The position numbers and the translations under genes were made by a program. From contig JAVJQW010000061.1 of assembly GCA_040218735.1 (NCBI GenBank), positions 292,768 through 356,767 of the forward strand: DNA of 64,000 bases, given 5' to 3'. The notes beneath the pieces were generated by a model, which had not been told where the DNA came from, ran no database searches, and worked only from the letters and a program-made list of their open reading frames with translations. Positions 9,477-19,249 of this stretch are shown here, in pieces (the stretch's first letter is position 1; every line of letters starts with the position of its first letter). Origin of the DNA: Deltaproteobacteria bacterium. GTDB lineage: Bacteria; Myxococcota; Kuafuiibacteriia; Kuafuiibacteriales; Kuafuiibacteriaceae.

Positions 9477-10949
9477 TCACTGACCCTGCGTCTGGTTGCA
9501 CCCCGTCCCCACGAAGTTGCCGCGGAGGCGAGGAACGATGCCGGGGGCCTCGTCCACGATGCGCGCGTAGGTGTGCAGCCCCAGCCGATACCACCCGCGC
9601 AGGAAATCACAGAAGTCGTCGCCGATCGTCCACGGCGCCGCGCCTTGCTCGGTGTGCAGCCACGCGATGTGGTGGCAGCCGCCGCCGCAGAGGTACCGCG
9701 CCCAGCACGCCTCACACGGCGCACGCGACGCGGGGTTCATGCCGTCGAGGATCTGCTGCCGCAGCCCCGCGTCGATCCCGGACTCGACGTGCCCCATCTT
9801 GAAGGCCTCCTGCCCCACGAGCCGGTGGCACGCGTACAGGTCACCCTTGTTGTCCGCGGCGACGAGCTTCGTCCCCGCGCCGCACGGCACCGGACGCGGA
9901 TCGCCGATCGCGATCTGCTCGAGCACGGTGCGGAGGTTCGAAAACGGCATCACCTCGCCGGCCTTCGCGGCCTCGACGAAGTCGTCCGCGAGGATCCGCA
10001 TCTCGTCGAGGAGCCGCTTCAGATCCTCACCCTGCAGATCGAAACGCTCCTGGCCCGTCGCGACCGGCGACACGCCGACCTCTTGGAACCCGACGCCGAT
10101 CAGGTGTCGAACGATGCGCGCGACGTCGAGGCACTTCCGCGTGAGGGTCACGCGTGCGTTGGCCTTCAGCCCCGACTCGGCGATCTTCGCCATGATGACG
10201 TCGTAGCTCTTCGCGCCGTCCTGGATCGGGCGCAGGCGATCGTTGACGTCTGGCGGGCCGTCGATGCTGACGGTCATCGAGAAGCGCTCTTGCTCGAACC
10301 ACTCCACGAGCTCCCGCGTGAGGAGCGTCCCGTTCGTCGTCAACGCGAAGCCGACCCGACGCCCCTCCTCGGCCGCGCGCCGCTTCGCGTACGCGTGCGC
10401 CGCGTAGACGACGTCGAGGTTCATTAGCGGCTCCCCACCGAAGAACGTGACACTCACGCTGCGGGTGTCGCCGAGCTGGTCGAAGAACTTCTTCGTGTGC
10501 TCTACGGCGAGCTCCGGGTTCATGTACCCGTAGTCGCCGCCGTACCGACCGTAGTCGGCGTAGCAATAACCGCAACGCATGTTGCAGTCGTGGCTGACAT
10601 GCAGGACGAGCGCGGACACCGGATCCTGCGGCAGCGACGCCGGCACGCGCCGCACCGAAGGGCGGTCACTCGGCGTGAGGATCTGGAGCTGCTCGAACGC
10701 CGACCACGTGTCGTCCGCCTCGGTGTCGCCGAACGACGCCGCGAGCTTCTCCTTGAGCTGAGAGCGGCGCACGCGACCCTGCCCCGCGAGCTGCTCCGCG
10801 AGCGCCCAGGCCGGATCGTCGAGCTCCGCGAACGCAGCCGAGTCGACGACGAACACGAGGCGTCGGCCGCCCTCCTCGAAGGGATAGAAACGCTCCACCC
10901 GGAACAGATCGTCCGGGCGCGCGGGCATGGCTACGAGCTCAGCAGACAT
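9477..10949 (-). CDS. Radical SAM/SPASM peptide maturase with N-terminal RRE-like domain (QhpD/thioether-forming type)
   Basis: CNMRCGYC; FFGGEP; TTNGTLL; SIDGP; SPASM CGAG...ACH and CEACWARYLCGGGC...C; SD AAGGAG upstream. Confidence 0.9.
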   Translation of the reverse strand: MSAELVAMPARPDDLFRVERFYPFEEGGRRLVFVVDSAAFAELDDPAWALAEQLAGQGRVRRSQLKEKLAASFGDTEADDTWSAFEQLQILTPSDRPSVRRVPASLPQDPVSALVLHVSHDCNMRCGYCYADYGRYGGDYGYMNPELAVEHTKKFFDQLGDTRSVSVTFFGGEPLMNLDVVYAAHAYAKRRAAEEGRRVGFALTTNGTLLTRELVEWFEQERFSMTVSIDGPPDVNDRLRPIQDGAKSYDVIMAKIAESGLKANARVTLTRKCLDVARIVRHLIGVGFQEVGVSPVATGQERFDLQGEDLKRLLDEMRILADDFVEAAKAGEVMPFSNLRTVLEQIAIGDPRPVPCGAGTKLVAADNKGDLYACHRLVGQEAFKMGHVESGIDAGLRQQILDGMNPASRAPCEACWARYLCGGGCHHIAWLHTEQGAAPWTIGDDFCDFLRGWYRLGLHTYARIVDEAPGIVPRLRGNFVGTGCNQTQGQ

Positions 10950-10960
10950 CCACGCTCCTT

Positions 10961-12901
10961 TCAGTAGAGTCGCGAGTCACGGACCCACGAAGGCGGCGAG
11001 AAGTGAACGGGGACGGTGACGTTCGTGCCGACGATACGCAGCGTCGCGGTGCCGGTGGCCGAGCCGCTCGTGACGTGACCGTCGGGCGAGACGTTCCCGT
11101 CGAACGGGAGGTCGCTCTGCCCGCGTTGGAAGCCACCCATCTCCCACGTCAGCGTGGTGGGGTCCGCGACGTCGTCGCCCTTGCCCCCCTCGCGGACGCC
11201 GTTGGGACCGACGCTGTAGCGCGTCGCGGTGAGGAACAGCTCGTTCTCCTCGACGCCGCCGCCGGTGATCCTCAGCCACGGCTCACCGAGGCGGTTGTTC
11301 GGCGTCCAGCCACCGATGACGTAGTAGTCGTCGGTCTCTCGGTCGTCGCGGATCGAAAGCTCCACGAGATCGATCGTCCCGGTGTTGTTGCAGTTGGGGT
11401 TCGACACGCCGACGAGCAGCCGCCACGTGCCCTGGGCGTTCTCGCCGTTCACCCGCGACAGCGGCAGCTCGGGCCGGCTCGCCTGCCCGCCCTGATCGTT
11501 GAACGTGAGATTGAAGCCGTTGCTCCCGCCGCAGAAGACACCGCCCGGCACGCGACCGGGATTCTGGCGCCCGCGGTACACGCCGTCGCCGCACAGCACG
11601 ACGGGGTGGCCCGACGGCGCGATCAACGCGAGGCGTGTGTTGCGGTTGTTGCCGGAGAAGCTGATGTCGACCGTGACGTCGAGGTCCTCGATCGCAAACG
11701 AGTCGGCGACCGGGATGTCGACCGAGGTGTACGAGACCGTCGTGCCCGTGCAGACCGGCGGGAACGCCGCCTGCGGGCTGACGCCGTAGGTGTAGCGGTC
11801 CGCGACGCGCAGCGTGAACAGCGCGGAGCGCCTGAAGCCGTCGGCGTCCGTCACGCGGAGCGTGATCGGGTAGTCGCCGAATTCCATGCTCGCGCCCGTG
11901 AGGTGCCCCTCCGCGGAGAGCGTCACGCCCGCCGGGAGGTCCCCCGTGAAGCTCCACGCGTAGGGCGGCTCGCCGCCCGACGCCTCGAGGTCGTAGTCGA
12001 TGCCCCGCCCCGCCACGATCTGCGGCAGCGCGATGGTCGCGATCTCCAGCGGCGCGAGGACCCGCAGCATCAGCGGCAGCTCCGCGCGCTCCGACGCGCT
12101 GTCGACGACCTCCACCGTGAACATGAACGCGCCGTCCTCCTCGGGCGTCCCGCTGAGCGCACCGTCGGTGCCGAGCGCGAGCCCGGCCGGGAGCGCGCCC
12201 GTCGCGATGGCGAAGGTGTACGGGGGGGCGCCGCCCTCGGCTTCGATCGTCGCGTCGTAGGGTGTGAGCACGCGAGCCTTCTCGAGCATCATCGTCGTGA
12301 ACATCGGGGCGCGCGCTGCGACCATCAGCGACAAGCGCTGGGTCCGCGCGGCGCCGTCCGCGTCCTCGACGGCGACCGTCACCTGGAATGCGCCCGACTC
12401 CGTCGGGGTCCCCGCGATCTGCGTGCCGCTCACGGTGAGGCCGTCGGGGAGCGTCCCGCTCTCGAGGCGCCAGGTGTACGGGGCGACGCCGTCCATCGCT
12501 TCGAGGTCCGCGGCGTAGGCGTCGCCGACGCGTCCCTCGGGGAGGGTCTCGGTCACGATGGTGAGGGGATCGGGGATGACGTACAGCTCGATCGCGCCGG
12601 AGTCGGTCGCGCCGTCGGCGTCGGTCACCGTGAAAGTGAGGCTGCGGCGCCCGGGCTCGGTCGGGGTGCCCACGAGCTGGCCGGTGTCCTTCCGCAGCTC
12701 GATCCCGGCGTGGAGGGTGCCCTCGGCCACCGCGAAGCTGTACGGGGTCGTGCCGCCGGTCGCCGCGATGCGTTCGTCGTAGTTTTCGCCGAGGCGTGCC
12801 TGCGGCAGCTCGGCGGTGGCGAGCGACAGATCCGGGGTGTCTTCGCCGGAGCACGCAAACAGCGCGGCGGCGAGGACCAAGCTCAGACGACGATCGGGCA
12901 T
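10961..12901 (-). CDS. Lipoprotein with putative Ig (He_PIG) repeats and a P-proprotein-like domain
   Basis: Lipobox LFA-C; four GGxxPYx(F/W)...G.LP.G repeats; IEDLDVTV...GENAQGTWRL. Confidence 0.7.
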   Translation of the reverse strand: MPDRRLSLVLAAALFACSGEDTPDLSLATAELPQARLGENYDERIAATGGTTPYSFAVAEGTLHAGIELRKDTGQLVGTPTEPGRRSLTFTVTDADGATDSGAIELYVIPDPLTIVTETLPEGRVGDAYAADLEAMDGVAPYTWRLESGTLPDGLTVSGTQIAGTPTESGAFQVTVAVEDADGAARTQRLSLMVAARAPMFTTMMLEKARVLTPYDATIEAEGGAPPYTFAIATGALPAGLALGTDGALSGTPEEDGAFMFTVEVVDSASERAELPLMLRVLAPLEIATIALPQIVAGRGIDYDLEASGGEPPYAWSFTGDLPAGVTLSAEGHLTGASMEFGDYPITLRVTDADGFRRSALFTLRVADRYTYGVSPQAAFPPVCTGTTVSYTSVDIPVADSFAIEDLDVTVDISFSGNNRNTRLALIAPSGHPVVLCGDGVYRGRQNPGRVPGGVFCGGSNGFNLTFNDQGGQASRPELPLSRVNGENAQGTWRLLVGVSNPNCNNTGTIDLVELSIRDDRETDDYYVIGGWTPNNRLGEPWLRITGGGVEENELFLTATRYSVGPNGVREGGKGDDVADPTTLTWEMGGFQRGQSDLPFDGNVSPDGHVTSGSATGTATLRIVGTNVTVPVHFSPPSWVRDSRLY

Positions 12902-12991
12902 CGACGACCTACTTTCCGCGCCGAAACAGGCGCGCGGTACGCATAACAAACCGGGCCGAACTGCACCATCGGCGGGGTTCATCGGCGGGGT

Positions 12992-14647
12992 TCACGAGGA
13001 CCGGCGGCGCAGGACCAGCAGGCCGAGCAGGAGGAGCCCGAGCGTCCCTTCGGAACCGCCCGAGTCGGCCGTGCAGCCGCACCCGCCCTCCTCGTCCGGC
13101 GGCGCCACGCCCGCGTCGGCGAAGCCCCCATCCCGTGTGCCGCCGCCGTCGCGGGTTCCCGCGTCGACGAAGCCGGCGTCGGGGGGATCACACGTCGACG
13201 CCGGATCGACGGTGAGCGTCACGTCCAGCTCCGCCATCAGCGCGGGGCCTGGATCCGTCTCCTCGAACACGACGTCGAGGGTGGATCCGCGCGGGTCCGC
13301 GCCGTTGTCGGCGACGAGCGCCTCCACGTAACGCTTCGTGACGGACTGGTACCAAAGGCGCGCGTCGACCTCGATCGTGTCGCCGGCGAAGTCGCAGGGG
13401 ATCGTGGCGGTCACCGTCAGGTCGTCCCAGTGCGCGAGCACGCCGGGAGACACCTCCGGGTAGACCTTGCCGACGGGCGCCGTGGTCGCGGTGACGACGA
13501 ACCCGCGGGGCGGGATGCGGTTGTCGAAGTAGATGGTGTCGTTGAGGACCAGCCGGTGGCCGGGCCCCACCCCGGATCGGCCCTGGATCGATGCGTAGGT
13601 GACGACGGGATCGACCGGCTCGCCGCCTTCGGCGTCGTAGGCGCCGCGCACCACGCCCACGGCGGGCGCCGCGACCTCGAGCCACACGCGCCGCCCCTCC
13701 GGGTAGCCGGTGGGGAGCTTGTGCCCGGTGAGGTTGGTGATCCGAAACGTCAGGTCGACGACGTCGCCGCGGCCCACGACGTCCGGGCCCGCCTCGAGCG
13801 CGAGATCCGCCGCCGTACGCAGCATGGCGCCGACCCGGGTCTGACCGCGGACGAGCTCCGTCGACAGGTCCAGGTCCGAACGGAGGAACGCCACCGCCCC
13901 CAACAGGAACGCGTTGCCACCCGCGAACGCGTGGCTGGAGCGGTCGGGGCGCACCGGCCCGCTCATCGCCACGCGCCCCTCGTCCGGCGGCATGTGGCAG
14001 TCCTGGCAGGTCTCCCCTTCGGCCGCGTACGCGCTCGTCGCCCACTCCGTGAACGTGGTCTGCTCCGGGAACGGCTGCCCGGTGGGGTTGCCGTCGAGAT
14101 CGAGGCGCTCGACGAGCGGGTTCCTCAGGTCGTGGCAGCTCCCGCACATCCGGCCGTCGCTGAACCAGTCCGAGAACTCGACGCGGTGGGGGGCCTGAGG
14201 ATCCATGATCGGCCCGCGCATGTAGATGTCGTCCGCGACGAGGTACTGCCCGTTGCGCTGCCAGGTCGAGGGCGTCATGCGGTGGCACGAGGAGCAGGTC
14301 ACGCCCCCGTCGGAGTCGGTCAGGGCGCTGCCGTCGGTCGGGAAGCAGCGCCCCTCCATCCACGCGGCGGGCGCGTGGCAGCGCAGGCAGTAGTCGCCGG
14401 CGCCGGGGTAGTCCTTCTCGGCTTCCACCAGCGCGGACAGGAACAGGGGATCACGCGCCGCGTGGGCCATCGCGCTGCCGGCCCACGTCGGATACGCGGT
14501 CGCGTCCTCGTCGAACCCGCCGTGGCATCCGTTGCAGACCGCGGGATCTTGAAAGAACACGGAAACACTGCTGGTTCCCGGGAGCTCGACCTGCGCGGTC
14601 GACAAGCCCAAGAAGGCGACGGCGATGAAGCCAGCCGAGGTGACCAC
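12992..14647 (-). CDS. Multiheme (5 x CxxCH) cytochrome c with MYXO-CTERM anchor
   Basis: CNGCH, CLRCH, CSSCH, CGSCH, CQDCH; signal peptide; C-terminal GCGC...LLLLGLLVLRRR. Confidence 0.85.
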   Translation of the reverse strand: MVTSAGFIAVAFLGLSTAQVELPGTSSVSVFFQDPAVCNGCHGGFDEDATAYPTWAGSAMAHAARDPLFLSALVEAEKDYPGAGDYCLRCHAPAAWMEGRCFPTDGSALTDSDGGVTCSSCHRMTPSTWQRNGQYLVADDIYMRGPIMDPQAPHRVEFSDWFSDGRMCGSCHDLRNPLVERLDLDGNPTGQPFPEQTTFTEWATSAYAAEGETCQDCHMPPDEGRVAMSGPVRPDRSSHAFAGGNAFLLGAVAFLRSDLDLSTELVRGQTRVGAMLRTAADLALEAGPDVVGRGDVVDLTFRITNLTGHKLPTGYPEGRRVWLEVAAPAVGVVRGAYDAEGGEPVDPVVTYASIQGRSGVGPGHRLVLNDTIYFDNRIPPRGFVVTATTAPVGKVYPEVSPGVLAHWDDLTVTATIPCDFAGDTIEVDARLWYQSVTKRYVEALVADNGADPRGSTLDVVFEETDPGPALMAELDVTLTVDPASTCDPPDAGFVDAGTRDGGGTRDGGFADAGVAPPDEEGGCGCTADSGGSEGTLGLLLLGLLVLRRRSS

Positions 14648-14772
14648 AGGGACGCTATAGCGCCTGTGTTGTCACGCGGGCCACGATCTTCGTCGATTGA
14701 CAGGGCCGGGCGCGCTCCCTACATCCGACATCGCACCCCCGATGCCCACGCCGGCACGAAGGTCCTGAACAC

Positions 14773-16338
14773 ATGCGCATCACAAAGCTCTCCTCACTCC
14801 TCCTCCTGATCCCCGCGCTCGCGTGCAGCGGTAGCTCGAACAGCGATGACGACACCGTCATCATTCCCCCGTCCGAGCTGACCTGTCCGACGCCGACGGA
14901 CGGCACCCTCTCCGTCTGCGACCTGAAGCTCGACGGCGGCGCCGGTCAGCCGCAGTTCGGCGACGCGGTCGTCGTCACCAACGTCGTCGTCACCACGCCG
15001 ACCTACTCGATCCTCGAAGACTCGATGACGAACGAGACGACCCTCGGCGGGTTCTTCGTCCAGGACGCCCAGAGCACGGCGGAGCTCGCCGGCCGCTACG
15101 GCGGTATCCTCGTCACCTACCGCCCCGACATGATCGCCGGGACCCTCCCGAGCGAGGGCGACGTCGTGCAGGTGACCGGCAGCTTCCGTGACTTCGGTCA
15201 GGAGGGCGGCGCCCGTCAGAAGCAGATCGAGGCCACCGCGGTCGACATCATCAGCGCCGGCTCGGGCGCCGTGCAGGCGGTCTCGGTCGACGACGCCACC
15301 AGCATCATCGCGGGCGGCGCGCGCGCCGAGGGGCTCGAGGGCACGCTCGTGAAGATCAGCAACGTCGCTGCGACGGTCGTGCGCGACGTGCCCGGCTCGG
15401 GCGGCAGCGCGATCTTCGGCGCGTTCCAGGTGACGGGCGGGCTCGTCATCTCCGGCGAGATCTTCCAGTACCGCGCCATCGAGCAGGAGTCGTTCATCAC
15501 GATCACCGGCGTCCTTCGCGTCGGCACCGCGCCGTTCGACAGCGGCATCTACCAGCTCACGCCGCGCAGCCGCGCGGACGTCGTCTCCTCGAACCCCACG
15601 CAGACGATCACCAGCATCCCCGAGCTCCAGGACCCGTCGACGCCCGACCGCCCGCAGCTCTGCTCGCGCTCGGGCGCGACGACGGTGGGGCGCTGCCCGC
15701 CGGTGCGCCTGTCGGACGTCGTGGTCACGGGCTCGGGCGGCTACGTCAGCTCGAACCTGCGCTCGATCTGGGTGCAGGACACGACGGTCGCCGACGGTCG
15801 ATTCGCCGGGGTGAAGGTCGTGTACTTCGTCGACGACACCGGCATCCCGCAGGTCGGCGACATCATCGACATCGAGGGTGAGGCCATCGAGTGGTTCCGC
15901 GGCACGCAGGTGCAGAACGCGACCTTCACGCAGAAGGGCACCGTAACCTCGTCGACCGCGCCGATCGTGGTCGCCGCCGCGGACGTGGCGCGCACCTCGG
16001 CGCCCGAGACCAACCCCTACGAGGGTGTGCTCGTCGAGATTCAGAACGTGGCGGTCACCGAGCGCTGCGTCGACAGCAACGGCCGTGACTTCGGCAACTG
16101 GGTCGTCGACGGCCCGGTCTTCCTCGGCACCGCGTTCGAGTACACGTACAACGGTGGCTTCGGCCCCTCGACCGCGATGTGCGACATGCCGAACGTCGAC
16201 TGCAGCTGCGCCGGGATGTCGCGCCCCGACGACCTACGCATGACGGGCGACAACTTCCGCGCGATCCGCGGCATCATGAACTACAGCTTCGACGAGTTCC
16301 GCATGGAGCCGCGCGGCGACGGTGACATCGTCCAGTAA
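14773..16338 (+). CDS. Lipoprotein with repeated OB-fold-like domains
   Basis: Lipobox ALA-C; two internal repeats (VVT...FFVQD / IWVQD...GDxV.V.G...EGxLV.I.NV). Confidence 0.55.
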   Translation: MRITKLSSLLLLIPALACSGSSNSDDDTVIIPPSELTCPTPTDGTLSVCDLKLDGGAGQPQFGDAVVVTNVVVTTPTYSILEDSMTNETTLGGFFVQDAQSTAELAGRYGGILVTYRPDMIAGTLPSEGDVVQVTGSFRDFGQEGGARQKQIEATAVDIISAGSGAVQAVSVDDATSIIAGGARAEGLEGTLVKISNVAATVVRDVPGSGGSAIFGAFQVTGGLVISGEIFQYRAIEQESFITITGVLRVGTAPFDSGIYQLTPRSRADVVSSNPTQTITSIPELQDPSTPDRPQLCSRSGATTVGRCPPVRLSDVVVTGSGGYVSSNLRSIWVQDTTVADGRFAGVKVVYFVDDTGIPQVGDIIDIEGEAIEWFRGTQVQNATFTQKGTVTSSTAPIVVAAADVARTSAPETNPYEGVLVEIQNVAVTERCVDSNGRDFGNWVVDGPVFLGTAFEYTYNGGFGPSTAMCDMPNVDCSCAGMSRPDDLRMTGDNFRAIRGIMNYSFDEFRMEPRGDGDIVQ

Positions 16339-16343
16339 CGCGA

Positions 16344-18188
16344 TCAGCGGCGGCGGCGTAGCGCGAGCACCAAGAAGGCCAGCGCGAGCGCAGGCCAGGC
16401 CGCGCCGTCCCCGCCCGTCGTCGTGCAGCTGCACGTCCCGCCGCCACACTCTGGATCGCAGTCGCAGTCGCTGTCGCAGCTGTTCGACGTGTCACACGCG
16501 CAGTAGCCCGAGATGTTCGTCGTGATGTTGCGACGGGGGGTCTCCTCGTTCGTGTCGAACGCCTCGGGCCAGCAGAAACCTTGCGTGGTGCCGGACGGCG
16601 CGAGGCAGCGCAGGCCGGGGGAGCAGTCGTCGACCTCGTTGCTCGTCGAGCACTCGCGCGTACAGAGTTTGTTGTCGCCGAAGACGGTGCACACCGTCGA
16701 CTCACACTCCGCGCCCGACTGACACGGCTGGCCGTCGTACTTGAAACCTTCGCCCGGGACACACGCGCCGACGGCGAGGCCCTCGGTGACACACATCGTG
16801 TTCGCCTGGCACTGCGCCTGGCTCGTGCAGCTCGCGTAGCAGAGCGCCGAGTCGACGCCGAGCGTCTCGTCGAAGAGGCACTGCGCGTTGTTCAGGCAGA
16901 CCTCGGGGAGGCACGGCTCGCCGATGCCCGCCTTCGTGAGGCAGACGTATGTGTTCATTCGGCCCGCCACCGCCGTGCACTCCTGGCGGTAGCCGCACCC
17001 TGCGACGCCGGGGGCGCACTCGGCGAAGCAGTACGTGATGCCCGACCCCGGCGCCCACTCGAGGCACATGTGGCCCGCTTTGCAGGTCCCGTTCGCGTAA
17101 CAGGCCTCGTTGTGGCCGCCCTTCCCGCTCGGTGAGCACACGCCCGAGTTGGGGACACACACGCCGATCTGCGTCGTGTCGAGCTGCGTGAGCTCACACT
17201 GATAGCCGCCCGGACACTGACCGCTCGGGTTCGCGGGGTCACACGGTTTGGTGCAGAACGGCTGCCCGAAGTTGCGGAACGGGACCCCGACACACAGCCC
17301 GGACGAACACTGGTTGCCGTTGCTGCAGAAGTCACAAAGCTCGTCGGTCACGATCGCCGCGAGGCAGTAGTCGCCGACGGAGGTCGCCGTGCACGGGAAC
17401 CCGGCCGGACACGTTCCGGGGTTGGCGACCGCGCACTCGGCCGTGCAGTAGCTCCGTCCGATCTCGTCGTCCTGCGCGCACAGGCTCGAGGCGCAGTCCG
17501 GGTTCGAGGTGCACGGCGCACCGATCGGTCCGCCGTTGCCGGTGCCCGGCGTCTGCCCCGGGACGGGCTGTCCGTTCGGGTACAGCGAGCAAACACCTTG
17601 CACGTCGTCCTGGGCGGCGCTGCGCTGCATCATCTTGTTGTTCGACGGGTACATCGCCGCCTCGGGATCGTTGGAGTGGTCCAGGCCGAGGAAGTGCCCC
17701 GCTTCGTGGAACGCCACGGTCTCGACGTCGACCTTGCCCGGCGTCCCCTGGCCGATCTCGGAGTCCACCGTGGTCCAGGTCCAGGTCAGGCCGTTGAAGA
17801 TCATGTCGGCGTCGGTGATCGCGCGGCTGTCGTCGAGGGAGTAGAAGACGTACGTCAGCGCGAGCGTCGCGTCCTGCCCGGGCCACTGGTTCTGGGTGTC
17901 GACCCAGAAGATGCGATTCGTGCCGTCGTTCTGGACGACGCGCGGCGTGGTCCAGTTCCGCTCCGCGAACTTCAGGTAGGAGCAGGAGACCTCCTCCCAG
18001 GTGTTGAACGCGCGCCGGAGCGCGGCGAGCTCCGAGTCGTCGGGGATGTCGTCGGAGCCCAGCGGGTCGAGCTGATAGGGGACCGGCTGGTCGGAGGGGT
18101 TCTGCCAGCGCTGCCCCTGGGCCGAGAAGCCCGACGTGAAGAGCGCACACGCGACGACAAGGGGACGGAGGACCCGCATCCTTCGCAT
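16344..18188 (-). CDS. Matrixin (M10-like) metalloprotease with Cys-rich repeats and MYXO-CTERM
   Basis: HEAGHFLGLDH and Met-turn AAMYP; long Cys-rich region; TCSC...LVLALRRRR. Confidence 0.85.
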   Translation of the reverse strand: MRRMRVLRPLVVACALFTSGFSAQGQRWQNPSDQPVPYQLDPLGSDDIPDDSELAALRRAFNTWEEVSCSYLKFAERNWTTPRVVQNDGTNRIFWVDTQNQWPGQDATLALTYVFYSLDDSRAITDADMIFNGLTWTWTTVDSEIGQGTPGKVDVETVAFHEAGHFLGLDHSNDPEAAMYPSNNKMMQRSAAQDDVQGVCSLYPNGQPVPGQTPGTGNGGPIGAPCTSNPDCASSLCAQDDEIGRSYCTAECAVANPGTCPAGFPCTATSVGDYCLAAIVTDELCDFCSNGNQCSSGLCVGVPFRNFGQPFCTKPCDPANPSGQCPGGYQCELTQLDTTQIGVCVPNSGVCSPSGKGGHNEACYANGTCKAGHMCLEWAPGSGITYCFAECAPGVAGCGYRQECTAVAGRMNTYVCLTKAGIGEPCLPEVCLNNAQCLFDETLGVDSALCYASCTSQAQCQANTMCVTEGLAVGACVPGEGFKYDGQPCQSGAECESTVCTVFGDNKLCTRECSTSNEVDDCSPGLRCLAPSGTTQGFCWPEAFDTNEETPRRNITTNISGYCACDTSNSCDSDCDCDPECGGGTCSCTTTGGDGAAWPALALAFLVLALRRRR

Positions 18189-18360
18189 TGTCGGTGCCGG
18201 ACGACGCTTCGCGCAACTCGCCACACTTCGAGTATCGGGTGTGCGGGCCGGTTGGTTGCGAAAATCCGACGGATGCCGTGCACACGCGGACGTATCGCGC
18301 TGAGCCGCGTGCGGGCCGTGGAGGCTCAACCTCGGTTGTCAGCGCGTCGAAAGGGAGGAC

Positions 18361-19236
18361 ATGCCGACGTCCCGCGCGCCCGCCCTCGACACCGACCAAC
18401 TCGCGCCGCCCGACCCGGCCGCGGTGGGTCGCATCTGCGTCCACGCGGTCCTCGGAACGTCGGCGGCCCGCCACGTCGACCTGTATCGCCTCACCCAGCT
18501 CGTCCAGCAGCACGTGGTCAGCGGCTGCTACGGCCGAACCGTCGACTTCAACCCGGTCCTTCAGGAGCTCCTCAAGATGGAGCACGTGACCGAGGAGGAC
18601 CTGTTCATCGGCCTCATCAACATGATCGAATGCCTGAGCTGGCTGGGGGTCAACATGGCGCTCCCGAAACTCTCGCTCAGCGAAGAGACCCGCCGCCACA
18701 TCATCGAAGCCGGCGAGGCCGCGACGCACAGCGCGCGCGCCGCCTTCGAGCTCCGTCGGCTACGCGCCGCGATCCACCGCGTAGAACACCAACAGCTGGG
18801 GACACTGCTGGTGCAAGGCCACCACATCAGCGAGACGCAGCTCGAACAGGCGCTGGAGGCGCAGCAGCGACATGGCCGTCGTCTGGGCACGAACCTCGTC
18901 GAGATGGGTTTCATCTCCGCGCAGGCGCTCGCACGCTTCCTAGGGCACCAGCTCGAGTTGGAGTGCGTGACACGGATCGACGAGATCGATCCCGAGGTGC
19001 TCGCGTTGGTCCCGAAGGGCCTCGCGCTGCAGTACCGCGTGCTCCCGATCGGGTTCGACGAGAAGGGACGGTTGCAGCTCGCGATGGAGGACCCGCTCGA
19101 CGTTCAGGTGATGGAGAAGGTCCACCTGCTGACGGGACGGGTCGTACACCCCCTGGTCGCGCCGGAGACGACGCTCGTGTACGCGATGAGTCGCTACTAC
19201 GGCCACGTGCAGCCGTCGCGCGTGCGCGGCCGCTGA
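18361..19236 (+). CDS. MshEN/T2SSE_N domain protein without ATPase domain
   Basis: QLGTLLVQGHHISETQLEQALEAQ...RRLGTNLVEMGFIS; LAMEDP; SD GGGAGG. Confidence 0.75.
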   Translation: MPTSRAPALDTDQLAPPDPAAVGRICVHAVLGTSAARHVDLYRLTQLVQQHVVSGCYGRTVDFNPVLQELLKMEHVTEEDLFIGLINMIECLSWLGVNMALPKLSLSEETRRHIIEAGEAATHSARAAFELRRLRAAIHRVEHQQLGTLLVQGHHISETQLEQALEAQQRHGRRLGTNLVEMGFISAQALARFLGHQLELECVTRIDEIDPEVLALVPKGLALQYRVLPIGFDEKGRLQLAMEDPLDVQVMEKVHLLTGRVVHPLVAPETTLVYAMSRYYGHVQPSRVRGR

Positions 19237-19249
19237 AGCAGGCTCGGCC

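Noticed and set aside
12968-12994. 13-bp direct duplication ATCGGCGGGGTTC x2
   Set aside because: Only two copies and no associated element; likely local slippage.
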